64,000 bases of DNA from a bacterium (GTDB lineage Bacteria > Patescibacteriota > Minisyncoccia > UBA6257 > GWB1-50-10), in NCBI GenBank assembly GCA_021801565.1, contig JAJYXV010000015.1:91168-155167 (forward strand), given 5' to 3'. This document shows, in pieces, positions 48,305 to 57,082 of this stretch (the first letter of the stretch is position 1; every line of letters starts with the position of its first letter). The position numbers and the translations under genes were made by a program. The notes beneath the pieces are model-generated. The model saw only the letters and a program-made list of their open reading frames with translations, was not told the DNA's origin and made no database searches.

Positions 48305-48501
48305 TAGAAAACTGACAGAAAAGAGGCAACAAAGAGCATAACTTTTATTCTGTTATTTTAAGATAATAGAAAATCAGATGTGGACAGAGTGTGGGTAAAA
48401 ATATAGAAAAAACCTAATGAATTTGGTATACTGTATATACAGTTAAAAAGGTCGATTTTGCGCAAAATACACCTTTATATTAGGTACCAAAATATAAATT
48501 T

Positions 48502-48777
48502 ATGAAAAAAGACGGACTTGTTGAGGCAGTAATGAAATCCGCGGGGATTGAAACAAAAAAACAAGCACAGCTTATAGTTGAAACAATCTTCGATACCATT
48601 GTAAAAACAATGAGCCGCGGAGAAGAAGTTGCAATCACTGGATTTGGAACCTTCCGAGTTGCAAAAAGAGCAGCTCGCATGGGAGTAAATCCAAAGACTG
48701 GCGAGAAAATACAAATTAAGGCTTCCACAAAACCAAAATTCAGAGCAGGAAAGGTTTTAAAAGAAGCAGTATTATAG
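48502..48777 (+). CDS. hup: DNA-binding protein HU.
   Basis: 91 aa. GFGTFRVAKRAARMGVNPKTGEKIQI arm motif. Confidence 0.9.
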   Translation: MKKDGLVEAVMKSAGIETKKQAQLIVETIFDTIVKTMSRGEEVAITGFGTFRVAKRAARMGVNPKTGEKIQIKASTKPKFRAGKVLKEAVL

Positions 48778-48796
48778 TAAAAATCTATCGAGTAAT

Positions 48797-48832
48797 AAAA
48801 AATCCCTCCGATATTCGTCGGAGGGATTTTTT
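48797..48832. terminator. Rho-independent terminator after hup.
   Basis: AAAAATCCCTCCG-ATATTCG-TCGGAGGGATTTTTT. Confidence 0.6.
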
Positions 48833-49718
48833 AGAGTAACTTCCTCACTACATTACTCATATCAATAAAGATTTGATAAATATTTTTTACTTTAGTAAAA
48901 GATTCTTTTACCAAGTCTTTTATTGATAATTGGGGGTTTTTTTCCACCTCATCTGTTACTGTTGAGGTTGCGGTACTTGTTGCCTCTTCTGTTGCGTTCA
49001 TTAGTATTTTCTCATCTTTGCTTTCTGGTAATTGCAAAATTTTTGTTGTAGAGAAAAGGAGAACCGCTTTGTCGTTTAATTCTTGAGCGTCTTTTAGCAA
49101 CACCTCGGTTTTTGAGAACATTTTTTCTAATTCTGCTGTTTTTATTCTCGCTTTTTTCAATTTTTCAATATCAACGCGTATTTTCTCTGCTCTTTTTTTT
49201 GTTATATCAAGCGCTTGTTTCTGCTGTTCAATGAGAAAATAATCATTGATTTCATCCGCTGTGGGAGTATATTCTTTCTCGCGCCACTCTTTAAATGATT
49301 CTGCTTTTGTTTTTATTTCTGGGAGTGTGAGAGAGGCTTCATTTTCTTTTATAAAATTTTTCTCTGAATCATAATATTCGAGCGCATCGTCAAGATTTTT
49401 CATCATTCTGTTTTTCCACTCGATTGTTGATGTTCCTACTTTTTTAGAATCGATGTCAAAGAGTTTTATTTTTAAATCTTTTGTTTCTGCAATGGAAAAG
49501 TCGATAACTTTTTTGAATGTCTCAATACGAAATGCAATGTCGTTTGGATTTTCTTCATCCTTTGCATTAATAAGCGTGGTGACGCTTTCTTTTACGTCTT
49601 CAAGTGCTTTTTTTGTCGTATCAGACTGAGCATGTGCCGGCGTGTAGAAGTATATTCCGGACAAAAGCGAAAAAAGTATAAAAAGTGAAATGGTACGCAT
49701 ATGTTTAAAAAATGACAC
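48831..49718 (-). CDS. Secreted coiled-coil protein (signal peptide ..TPAHA).
   Basis: Signal peptide followed by a K/E-rich coiled-coil sequence. Its start overlaps the upstream gene. Confidence 0.4.
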   Translation of the reverse strand: MSFFKHMRTISLFILFSLLSGIYFYTPAHAQSDTTKKALEDVKESVTTLINAKDEENPNDIAFRIETFKKVIDFSIAETKDLKIKLFDIDSKKVGTSTIEWKNRMMKNLDDALEYYDSEKNFIKENEASLTLPEIKTKAESFKEWREKEYTPTADEINDYFLIEQQKQALDITKKRAEKIRVDIEKLKKARIKTAELEKMFSKTEVLLKDAQELNDKAVLLFSTTKILQLPESKDEKILMNATEEATSTATSTVTDEVEKNPQLSIKDLVKESFTKVKNIYQIFIDMSNVVRKLL

Positions 49719-50172
49719 TATTTAAAAGTTTATCGATATTTTCGGTATTTTTATTTTCAATATTTAGATCCTGTGATTCTGATTTGAGTGTATTTGGATT
49801 CAAATGACTTGCCTTTGCGTCTTTTATTTCGGTGATTGCTGCCATAATCATGGAATCGGCATTTTGTTGATAAGACAGTTCTTTTAAGTGAATATTAATT
49901 GAAAGAGCATTTACCTCCTGATTTAATGTTTCGGTGTCTTTTAATGAAGAAACCGTGGGGGTCGGAGAAAGGACTGAAACAAGCACAAAAAGCGCAATGG
50001 CGAATGCAAGAGATCCAATTGCTATAGGCTTTCGTATAAACGAAATAAACGTATCTATATAAGAGATGTGTTGTTTTTGTGACAGAATAGACAAACGAAC
50101 CCTTGCTGCGAAATGCGGGTCTGGCGAGATTTGTCTAAGCCGTTCTAATTGTTTGTGTATTTCGTGATTCAT
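49705..50172 (-). CDS. Single-pass membrane protein, possible anti-sigma factor, coupled to the upstream ECF sigma gene.
   Basis: Overlaps the sigma gene by 38 nt. One central TM helix. Confidence 0.35.
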   Translation of the reverse strand: MNHEIHKQLERLRQISPDPHFAARVRLSILSQKQHISYIDTFISFIRKPIAIGSLAFAIALFVLVSVLSPTPTVSSLKDTETLNQEVNALSINIHLKELSYQQNADSMIMAAITEIKDAKASHLNPNTLKSESQDLNIENKNTENIDKLLNSVIF

Positions 50173-50698
50173 TTATTATTTTTTTTATTTGTTTTAGAGC
50201 CCTATGTTGTATTACACGTATTGCCCCCTCTGTTTTGTGAAGTGTTTCGGCGATTTCTTTGTTTGATAGTTCATCAACAAACTTCATAATAAGTATACTT
50301 TGTTCATCCGGTTTTAATTGAGTGAGTGCGTGCCGTATTTGGATCAACTCCATCCCGCGATCTAATTCATTTTCTAGATCGGGGAGGTGGGCAAATGAAT
50401 CTTCTGAAACGAGTTCAATGTCGATGCTCGGTTTTTGTGTTCGGTAAAAGTCAATAACAGCATTGTGCGCAATTTTATAGAGCCAACTCGAAAAAGGATT
50501 TCCTTGAAAGCGATATGTCCGTATATTTTGCCATGCACTCAAAAATACCTGATGGGTAAGATCTTCGGCGTCTGTCTTTTTTGAAACTTTCAAGAGTATA
50601 AAACGATATATTTTTGGAAGATATGTATCGTAAAGAATTCCAAACGCTTCAGACTCTCCTGATTGTGCTTTTTGAATGAGTGTTATTTCCTCTTTCAT
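50135..50698 (-). CDS. ECF-type RNA polymerase sigma factor.
   Basis: Region 2 LTHQVFLSAWQNIRTYRFQGNPFSSWLYKIAHNAVIDFYR. Region 4 IAETLHKTEGAIRVIQHRALKQI. Confidence 0.8.
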   Translation of the reverse strand: MKEEITLIQKAQSGESEAFGILYDTYLPKIYRFILLKVSKKTDAEDLTHQVFLSAWQNIRTYRFQGNPFSSWLYKIAHNAVIDFYRTQKPSIDIELVSEDSFAHLPDLENELDRGMELIQIRHALTQLKPDEQSILIMKFVDELSNKEIAETLHKTEGAIRVIQHRALKQIKKIINESRNTQTIRTA

Positions 50699-50754
50699 AC
50701 CTATAACGATTTATAGCCCCTTTTGTTTCTGAAACGCTGTAACGTTACAAATTC

Positions 50755-50791
50755 TGGAGCGGAATACGGGAATCGAACCCGTGCCTTCACC
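50755..50791 (-). pseudogene. 3' half of a tRNA-Gly (anticodon-stem 3' strand through CCA), an exact duplicate of positions 39-76 of the adjacent intact tRNA-Gly.
   Basis: TGGAGCGGAATACGGGAATCGAACCCGTGCCTTCACC is identical to 50810-50846. Confidence 0.7.
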
Positions 50792-50809
50792 AAAGTTACA
50801 AAAATCTGA

Positions 50810-50883
50810 TGGAGCGGAATACGGGAATCGAACCCGTGCCTTCACCTTGGAAGGGTGACGTACAACCACTATACGAATCCCGC
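50810..50883 (-). tRNA. tRNA-Gly (anticodon TCC), CCA encoded.
   Basis: Minus strand GCGGGAT-TC-GTA..TAC-G-TCACC-CTTCCAA-GGTGA-AGGC-ACGGG-TTCGATT-CCCGT-ATTCCGC-T-CCA. Flanked by the 12-bp inverted repeats GTTACAAAAATC / GATTTTTGTAAC. Confidence 0.85.
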
Positions 50884-50906
50884 AGGTGAAGATTTTTGTA
50901 ACATTT

Positions 50907-50983
50907 TTGGAAGCCCGCCTGCCGCCTGCCTGTCGGCAGACAGGGCGGGCAGGGGTGACGTACAACCACTATACGAATCCCGC
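50907..50983 (-). pseudogene. 5' part of a second tRNA-Gly copy (positions 1-38) whose anticodon loop is interrupted between positions 32 and 33 by a 40-nt GC-rich hairpin.
   Basis: GCGGGATTCGTATAGTGGTTGTACGTCACC-C-[CTGCCCGCCCTGTCTGCCGACAGGCAGGCGGCAGGCGGGC]-TTCCAA. The first 32 nt are identical to the intact tRNA-Gly. Confidence 0.65.
50913..50952. repeat. GC-rich imperfect hairpin (copy A of the CCCGCCTGCC..CTGCCTG family).
   Basis: About 75 % GC in an AT-rich genome. Apex CCTGTC-GGCA-GACAGG. Outer stem GCCCGCC/GGCGGGC. Confidence 0.6.
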
Positions 50984-51210
50984 CACTCATACAATTTTGC
51001 ACAAAAGGTAAATATTCTGCAAGTATATAAAAGTAGCGCACCCCCAAACCCTATGATATGATGTATTTCACACATATCTCGCAATGGGAGTTCAATCGCT
51101 TGAAATTTGCCAGTAAAATTGAGATGAGGGGATTGCTGATGAAAATTAGTCTGTATAATAAAAAGGTGAGATTGATGTATAAATAGTTATTAAGTTTCTA
51201 CTACTTAAGT

Positions 51211-51819
51211 ATGAGTTTTATTGATCAACAAAAGAAGCTTATTCGACTCACTGGGATTTCCATTGTGGTTATTATCGTTGCATTGGGAATTATCTATATT
51301 ACTTCAATTCGTTCTTCACAAGATATACCGGAGCGTTTTGTTGAGGCAAGAAAAAATGCAGCATCTGTGAGTGAAGATATAGTTCGTCTTACAAGTGATA
51401 CGAATGAAAAAATTGCACAAATTAATGTGCTTGAAATAAAAGGGAAGGCAGAAGAAGCGCTTTTACTTATTCAAAGCGCTCGGGCATCGAATGAGGCAGC
51501 GTATGGAAAAGCATTTGATCTCTCTCAAAATTTAAAAACACTTGCCGAGTCGCTTGCTGATATTCATTCCCCGAGGGAACAACAAATTGCATATGAAGCG
51601 GTCGCGGTAGAACTTTCTTTGGTAAGCGAATTTATCTCTTACACGCAAGCACTGAACACTTTTTTGAGTAATCTTGCTTCACTCATTTCAAACAACACAC
51701 TTCAGAATCAAAATATTGTTCGTTCGAATATAAGCACAGTGAACGAGAAAACTTCGCTTATTAACAATCTTAACACCCAATTCATTGAGAAAATGAAGAC
51801 GTTTGATTCATCATTTTAG
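51211..51819 (+). CDS. Hypothetical membrane-anchored coiled-coil protein.
   Basis: N-terminal TM helix followed by a long helical, Ala/Glu/Leu-rich sequence. Confidence 0.4.
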   Translation: MSFIDQQKKLIRLTGISIVVIIVALGIIYITSIRSSQDIPERFVEARKNAASVSEDIVRLTSDTNEKIAQINVLEIKGKAEEALLLIQSARASNEAAYGKAFDLSQNLKTLAESLADIHSPREQQIAYEAVAVELSLVSEFISYTQALNTFLSNLASLISNNTLQNQNIVRSNISTVNEKTSLINNLNTQFIEKMKTFDSSF

Positions 51820-51893
51820 TATAGTGAACGTTCCATACAGGTAATTTTGCTTCCTTGGTAATACAATGGTTTTTTTTATATATAATGATATCT

Positions 51894-52352
51894 ATGGAAA
51901 TAGAAAGACGATTTAGGATTGTTTCTCCGATTCCAAAAGAAATATTTTCAGAAAAAGAAATGTTTCATATTAAGCAAGGATATGGAAAAAAAATCCGCGT
52001 GCGGAAGAGAGGGGAAAAATGCTTTATGACAATTAAAGAAGGAAAGGGTCTTGTAAGAAAAGAATGGGAGGTTGAAATTCCGGAATGGGTGTTCCGAAAA
52101 ATTTGGTCGGGAACAGAAGGAAGGCAATTAGAAAAAGATCGATATGTGATTCCGTATCATAATCACTCAATTGAATTTGATGTGTATAAAGGATCGCTTG
52201 CGCCGCTTATGATTCTTGAGTGCGAATTTGTGGATGAGGAAGACGCAAAACAGTTTGTATTGCCGGAATGGGCGAAAGATGCGATTGAGGTAACGAATGA
52301 TGATCGATATTCCAATCGTTCACTCGCGACGTACGGGTTGCCAAAGAGTTAA
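51894..52352 (+). CDS. CYTH-domain (triphosphate tunnel metalloenzyme) protein.
   Basis: MEIERRFRIV.. with an ExExK-type N-terminus and alternating acidic/basic beta-strand pattern typical of CYTH. Confidence 0.6.
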   Translation: MEIERRFRIVSPIPKEIFSEKEMFHIKQGYGKKIRVRKRGEKCFMTIKEGKGLVRKEWEVEIPEWVFRKIWSGTEGRQLEKDRYVIPYHNHSIEFDVYKGSLAPLMILECEFVDEEDAKQFVLPEWAKDAIEVTNDDRYSNRSLATYGLPKS

Positions 52353-52419
52353 TATAAGAAGTATTCTATAATAAGAAAAGGAAATATTTTGTTCTTTTAT
52401 AAATTAAAGAGGATGTGTT

Positions 52420-52581
52420 ATGAAGCTAGATTTTAATCTTTATTATTTCTGTAAGCTAGAGAAAAAATCAGCAACAATTGAAAAGATAAGACGGTTTTGT
52501 AGTAAAAGGGACTGCCCACATTTGGGGGTACGAAAACGAAAGAATAAGTTTCACCAAAAAAAGAACAACAAAGAGCTTTAA
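52420..52581 (+). CDS. Candidate 53-aa basic Cys-containing small protein (MKLDFNLYYFCKLEKKSATIEKIRRFCSKRDCPHLGVRKRKNKFHQKKNNKEL).
   Basis: Good RBS AAAGAGGA 6 nt upstream. Own terminator ATTACGC-N9-GCGTAAT-TTTT at 52585-52617. Below the ORF-track cutoff. Confidence 0.35.
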   Translation: MKLDFNLYYFCKLEKKSATIEKIRRFCSKRDCPHLGVRKRKNKFHQKKNNKEL

Positions 52582-52655
52582 ATAAAAAATTACGCTGTGA
52601 TATGGCGTAATTTTTATATCTTATATGTGTCTATTGGGTTGTCGCTTAGATATGA

Positions 52656-53735
52656 CTAGGAAGCAAAAAATCTACTGAATGGATGTTTTTTCATTTCCGT
52701 ATGTTTATAGATAAATTTTATATCGTTGTAGAGTACCTTGAGTCCTAATGGAAACGAGCCAAGACAGTTATGTCCCAGAGGTTCTGTGTCTATTTCAATA
52801 TCGTGGCGGATTGCCCGTATTTTTTTATTTATTGCGATGACATTTTCTGGACAAAATATATGATCGTATTTTGCCTGAACAATTCTTGTGTGTTTTGGAA
52901 GGTTTTTAAATTTTTTTTCATAAGCCCCAGGAGAAAGTATTTTTAAAATTTCACGAAGATCTTTTTCTTCTATTTTTCCTCTTATCTTTTCAGCTATCCT
53001 TGTTGTGCCGACACCCTCCATAAGTGCTTTATGAAAGTCATCTGCGAGGAGATGAAAAATTCCGAAGTCGAAAAGTGATGGATTCCCCATGGCGGCAACG
53101 GATGAATAACACGTTCCCATACTAAAGGAGAATATTCCCACCTCTTCAAATCCAAGTTCGTTTTTTAGAATCCATGCAAGTTGTTGTATATCGAAGATAT
53201 TTTTTTGGAAACGCGAGACCATACTTCCAATATCTGGTCCCACGCTTTCATAATCAATTGATTCTTTAATTCCCCACGAAGTCTTGCGATTTGAGGGGAT
53301 GAATAAAAACGTGCTTACTGGTAAGAGTCGTCTTCTTATAAATGAAATAAGCGCTTCGTATTCTTTAGGAATGCCATTCCAATGCATCACTGTGATAAGT
53401 GCCACTTTTTTTCCTGGTCCACTTTTCTGTATTGAATATTTACACGACACCTTCTCTTTCTCGTTTATCACGGATGGGAAAATCATATATTTTCTTTTCC
53501 AATGTATTTCCGTTTTTTCGAGTGGTGCAGCGATGTGTCTTTGAAGATTGGAAAACCAATGATGCGAATATCTTTTCAAAAAATCGAGCGAATCTTCACC
53601 ATCTCTTTTTCTTTTCAGGTGATGTGTTCCAAGACAAAAATCAGGAACGTGCGAATGAAGTTTTTGATGAGATCTGCTCTCTCTTAGTTCTATATTCTTT
53701 ATCCGTTTTGGATTGTCTTTGAATATAAAAATCAT
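52656..53735 (-). CDS. Hypothetical protein, possibly an alpha/beta-hydrolase-like enzyme.
   Basis: 359 aa from the ATG at 53735. The ORF-track start at 53783 overlaps tRNA-Pro. No decisive motif. Confidence 0.4.
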   Translation of the reverse strand: MIFIFKDNPKRIKNIELRESRSHQKLHSHVPDFCLGTHHLKRKRDGEDSLDFLKRYSHHWFSNLQRHIAAPLEKTEIHWKRKYMIFPSVINEKEKVSCKYSIQKSGPGKKVALITVMHWNGIPKEYEALISFIRRRLLPVSTFLFIPSNRKTSWGIKESIDYESVGPDIGSMVSRFQKNIFDIQQLAWILKNELGFEEVGIFSFSMGTCYSSVAAMGNPSLFDFGIFHLLADDFHKALMEGVGTTRIAEKIRGKIEEKDLREILKILSPGAYEKKFKNLPKHTRIVQAKYDHIFCPENVIAINKKIRAIRHDIEIDTEPLGHNCLGSFPLGLKVLYNDIKFIYKHTEMKKHPFSRFFAS

Positions 53736-53740
53736 TATGG

Positions 53741-53814
53741 TGGTCGGAGAGCCGGGAATCGAACCCGGACTATATGCTCCCAAAGCATACGTACTACCAC
53801 TATACTACTCTCCG
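53741..53814 (-). tRNA. tRNA-Pro (anticodon TGG), CCA encoded.
   Basis: Minus strand CGGAGAG..TATGC-TTTGGGA-GCATA-TAGTC-CGGGTTCGATTCCCGG-CTCTCCG-A-CCA. Confidence 0.85.
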
Positions 53815-53863
53815 TTTAGACAGTTATTAGTGTACGGCATTTTCTCAAAAAATAAAGGGTTTA

Positions 53864-56131
53864 TTACTCTCGATGTATTTGTGAAGTAAATAGTTTTACT
53901 GCATTTTTAAGATCTGGATATAAAGAAAGTTCTGGGTCTTTTTTTATTATCTCCTCCGCCGATTTTCGCGCATCTTTCATGAGCTGTGGATTTTGGAGTG
54001 CTTTCATTGCGAGATCGGGCATTCCCGTTTGTCCTTCTCCCAAAAATTCTCCGGGGCCACGGAATTTCAGATCTTTTTCTGCGAGCTCAAGTCCATTTTT
54101 CGCCTCGACGATTGAGGTGAGACGTTTTTTCACATCTTCCGAAGACGAATCAGTAAATAAGAAACAATATGATTGATGTTCACCGCGCCCGACACGCCCC
54201 TTGAATTGATAGAGTTGCGCGAGACCAAATCGCTCAGATCCCTCAATCATCATAATTGAAGCGTTTGGCACATCGACGCCCACCTCAATCACGGACGTTG
54301 AAATAAGAATGTTTATTTCGTTTTTGACAAACAAATTCATTATTTTTGCTTTTTCTTCTCCCGACATTTTTCCGTGGAGCATAGCGACACGTAAATCAGG
54401 AAATATTTTTTTTGAGAGTTTCTCATACTCCTCTTTCACTGATTTTATATTTAGTTCTTCCAGTTCTTTTGTTGTAAGTTTTTGGTCTTCCGTCTTTGGT
54501 TCTATTCTCGGGCACACCACAAACGCTTGCCTACCCTTTTTTATTTCACTTCGAATAAAGGTATATGCTTTCGTGCGTTCTTCGGGTGGCACCGCGCTCG
54601 TAATAATAACCTTTCTGTTTTTTGGAAGCTCGGTGATAAGCGAAAGATCAAGATCACTAAAGAATGTGAGCGAAAGTGTACGCGGAATCGGAGTTGCAGA
54701 CATACTTAAGAAGTGTGGAATATATTCTTTTCGCTTGGTAAGTTCGGCGCGTTGACGCACGCCAAATCGATGTTGTTCATCAATAATAACAAGCCCAAGT
54801 GAGGGAAATGTAATTTTTCTTTCCTTTTTTGTCTTTGACGTCGCAATAAGGGCGTGGGTGCCAATCACTATATTTACTTTTCCACCCTCAATTTCCTTTT
54901 TAAGTGATGGTTTTTTCAAATCGGTTTCCAGTCCATGTCCATATGAGAGTTTTGATTCATTTCCGGTAAGAAGCGCAACCCCTTCTTCATGATCGGGAAA
55001 GAATTTAATGATGGTCTGATAATGTTGTCGGGCGAGTATTTCTGTTGGCGCCATAAGTGCGGTTTGATATCCCTTATGTGCGGTGCATATTGCCGCGAGT
55101 GCCGCGATGATTGTTTTTCCCGAACCCACGTCTCCCTGGAGGAGGCGATTCATTGGGGTTGGTTTATTTAAATCCTGTATGATTTCCCAAAGTGTCTGTT
55201 TTTGTGATGGAGTGAGTTCAAAAGGAAGTATTTCCAAAAATGCTTTTATCATCGAAACATCGATATCAAGTGCGGGCGCCTTTTCTCTTGTAAGTCTCGC
55301 GCGTTCACCAAGAAGATGAAGTTGAAGGAGAAATAATTCTTCAAAATTAAATCGTCTGCGCGCTTCCATTGCATCGTCAAGTGTTTCTGGAAAATGAATT
55401 ATATTGAGCGCCTCGGAAAGTGAAAGGAGATTTTGTTGCTTTACGATTTTTTGCGGGAGCGATTCTTTTGGTTTTTCGATTGCTTTCAAAAGTGGTTGGA
55501 TAAGATAACGTATGCCTTTTGAGGTGAGTCCTTTTGTTTCCGGATAAATCGGCACAATACGCCCCGTGTGTTTTGTTTCTTTATCCTGAAATGTCATCAC
55601 TTCATATCCTGGATTTGAAAAATATAATTCTCCCTCGCGTGATTCGCTTACTTTTCCAGAGAAATTTGCCGTTTTGCCGGGTGCAAGAATATTTTTGATG
55701 TAGGTTTGATTGAACCACACCGCGCGTATTTCTCCGGTCTCGTCTTCAAGTTTTGCCTCAATAATAAACATGCGCTTGTGCCATGCGCGGCGCACGTTTA
55801 TTTTTTTCACGAGCGCTTGAATAGTGCATTCCTCGCGAGGAATAAGATCGGAAATTTTTGTGATATTCGAAAAATCTTCGTATCGTGTTGGGAAATGCCA
55901 GAGCAAATCCCTTACCGTCTCAATGTGCAGTTTATTTAGTTTTTGAACAAATCGCGGTCCGATGCCGTGAATCGAAGAGAGAGGAGATGATAGTTGAATA
56001 TGATTTATCCCACCCATAATCAAGATTTCCGCCATATTATACTCGATTTTTGATGATTTTTCCATTGTATATTTGACTTTTTCATATATACGTGCTATAA
56101 TTAAAACAGTATCAATTAATAATTTATTCAT
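53864..56131 (-). CDS. recG: ATP-dependent DNA helicase RecG.
   Basis: N-terminal wedge domain. Helicase motifs I (GDVGSGKT), II (DEQH), VI. RecG-specific C-terminus. Confidence 0.9.
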   Translation of the reverse strand: MNKLLIDTVLIIARIYEKVKYTMEKSSKIEYNMAEILIMGGINHIQLSSPLSSIHGIGPRFVQKLNKLHIETVRDLLWHFPTRYEDFSNITKISDLIPREECTIQALVKKINVRRAWHKRMFIIEAKLEDETGEIRAVWFNQTYIKNILAPGKTANFSGKVSESREGELYFSNPGYEVMTFQDKETKHTGRIVPIYPETKGLTSKGIRYLIQPLLKAIEKPKESLPQKIVKQQNLLSLSEALNIIHFPETLDDAMEARRRFNFEELFLLQLHLLGERARLTREKAPALDIDVSMIKAFLEILPFELTPSQKQTLWEIIQDLNKPTPMNRLLQGDVGSGKTIIAALAAICTAHKGYQTALMAPTEILARQHYQTIIKFFPDHEEGVALLTGNESKLSYGHGLETDLKKPSLKKEIEGGKVNIVIGTHALIATSKTKKERKITFPSLGLVIIDEQHRFGVRQRAELTKRKEYIPHFLSMSATPIPRTLSLTFFSDLDLSLITELPKNRKVIITSAVPPEERTKAYTFIRSEIKKGRQAFVVCPRIEPKTEDQKLTTKELEELNIKSVKEEYEKLSKKIFPDLRVAMLHGKMSGEEKAKIMNLFVKNEINILISTSVIEVGVDVPNASIMMIEGSERFGLAQLYQFKGRVGRGEHQSYCFLFTDSSSEDVKKRLTSIVEAKNGLELAEKDLKFRGPGEFLGEGQTGMPDLAMKALQNPQLMKDARKSAEEIIKKDPELSLYPDLKNAVKLFTSQIHRE

Positions 56132-56149
56132 AATATAAGGAATTTTGAA

Positions 56150-57004
56150 ATGAAAAAGATGATTGCTATCTTTGTAGTTTTATTTCTCCAGTCTTTGAAC
56201 TTGTATGCTCAAAATTACAGTTCCAAAAAACTCTCAGATACCTCAGTTGTTATTCTGTCCGAATCTGAAAAAACTGATACCCTTTATGAAAAAAACGGGA
56301 TAGTAAAAATTGTACAAACGACTACAAAAATTCCAGTTGCTACAATAATGTTCCCAGAGAATCTTGATTACTACCACGCCTACTCTCTTTTTTATGACTA
56401 CAAAAGAATGGGAAAATCAGATTCTTCGAGAATATCCAATTGGGACACGGTAGTATATCATCCTGAGTACGGATATTTTATGAAAACGGAAAAATCTTCA
56501 TCTAAATACGCATATTTAGATGAAAAAGAAATGAGGGTTTTTGTTAAAGAATTTTCTCAAGAAAAAACTCTCTTGTCGCCAGGATTGTGTTTATTTGCTC
56601 CGACCTTCGTTTTATTTCTATTTTTTGGTTCTTTTTTTTCAAAGGCGTATAAAAAAAGAGAAGAACTTAGATTCGGAGACGGAAGAAATATAAAATTCTG
56701 GACTTATGTATGTTCAACCTTCTCCCTTTTATTAGTTGTTGTTGTTATTTCTGGTTTGATTCTTGGAGCAAAAACAGATGTTTTTTTTGGGATCGTTGTC
56801 TCCGCTGTTATGCTTTTTTTCTTATCGTTTGATTACGAGGATAGAACATTTACACTTCTTCTTGTTCTATTTTGCGCTTGTGGTGCGGGGATTTTTGCTG
56901 GTATTCCAAAATCCATAGGGCTATTCTTTATAACCATCTTTGTGATGGTTATGGCAAACATTGTGGGTAGAATAATACCCACCCCAAAATTTCTTTTGAA
57001 ATAA
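56150..57004 (+). CDS. Hypothetical membrane protein with an N-terminal signal peptide.
   Basis: Signal peptide and several C-terminal TM helices. Confidence 0.4.
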   Translation: MKKMIAIFVVLFLQSLNLYAQNYSSKKLSDTSVVILSESEKTDTLYEKNGIVKIVQTTTKIPVATIMFPENLDYYHAYSLFYDYKRMGKSDSSRISNWDTVVYHPEYGYFMKTEKSSSKYAYLDEKEMRVFVKEFSQEKTLLSPGLCLFAPTFVLFLFFGSFFSKAYKKREELRFGDGRNIKFWTYVCSTFSLLLVVVVISGLILGAKTDVFFGIVVSAVMLFFLSFDYEDRTFTLLLVLFCACGAGIFAGIPKSIGLFFITIFVMVMANIVGRIIPTPKFLLK

Positions 57005-57082
57005 TAAAAAATCCCACCTCATTATTTGGTGGGATTTTTCTTTGGAAATTTTTGATAGTTTTCCAGATAATATAAGTTTTGT

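Noticed and set aside
50755-50883. A tRNA 3'-end direct repeat as the attL/attR of an integrated genomic island.
   Set aside because: The repeat is only 18 nt from the intact tRNA, with no integrase and no island between. The structure is better explained as a split outer tRNA copy (see findings).
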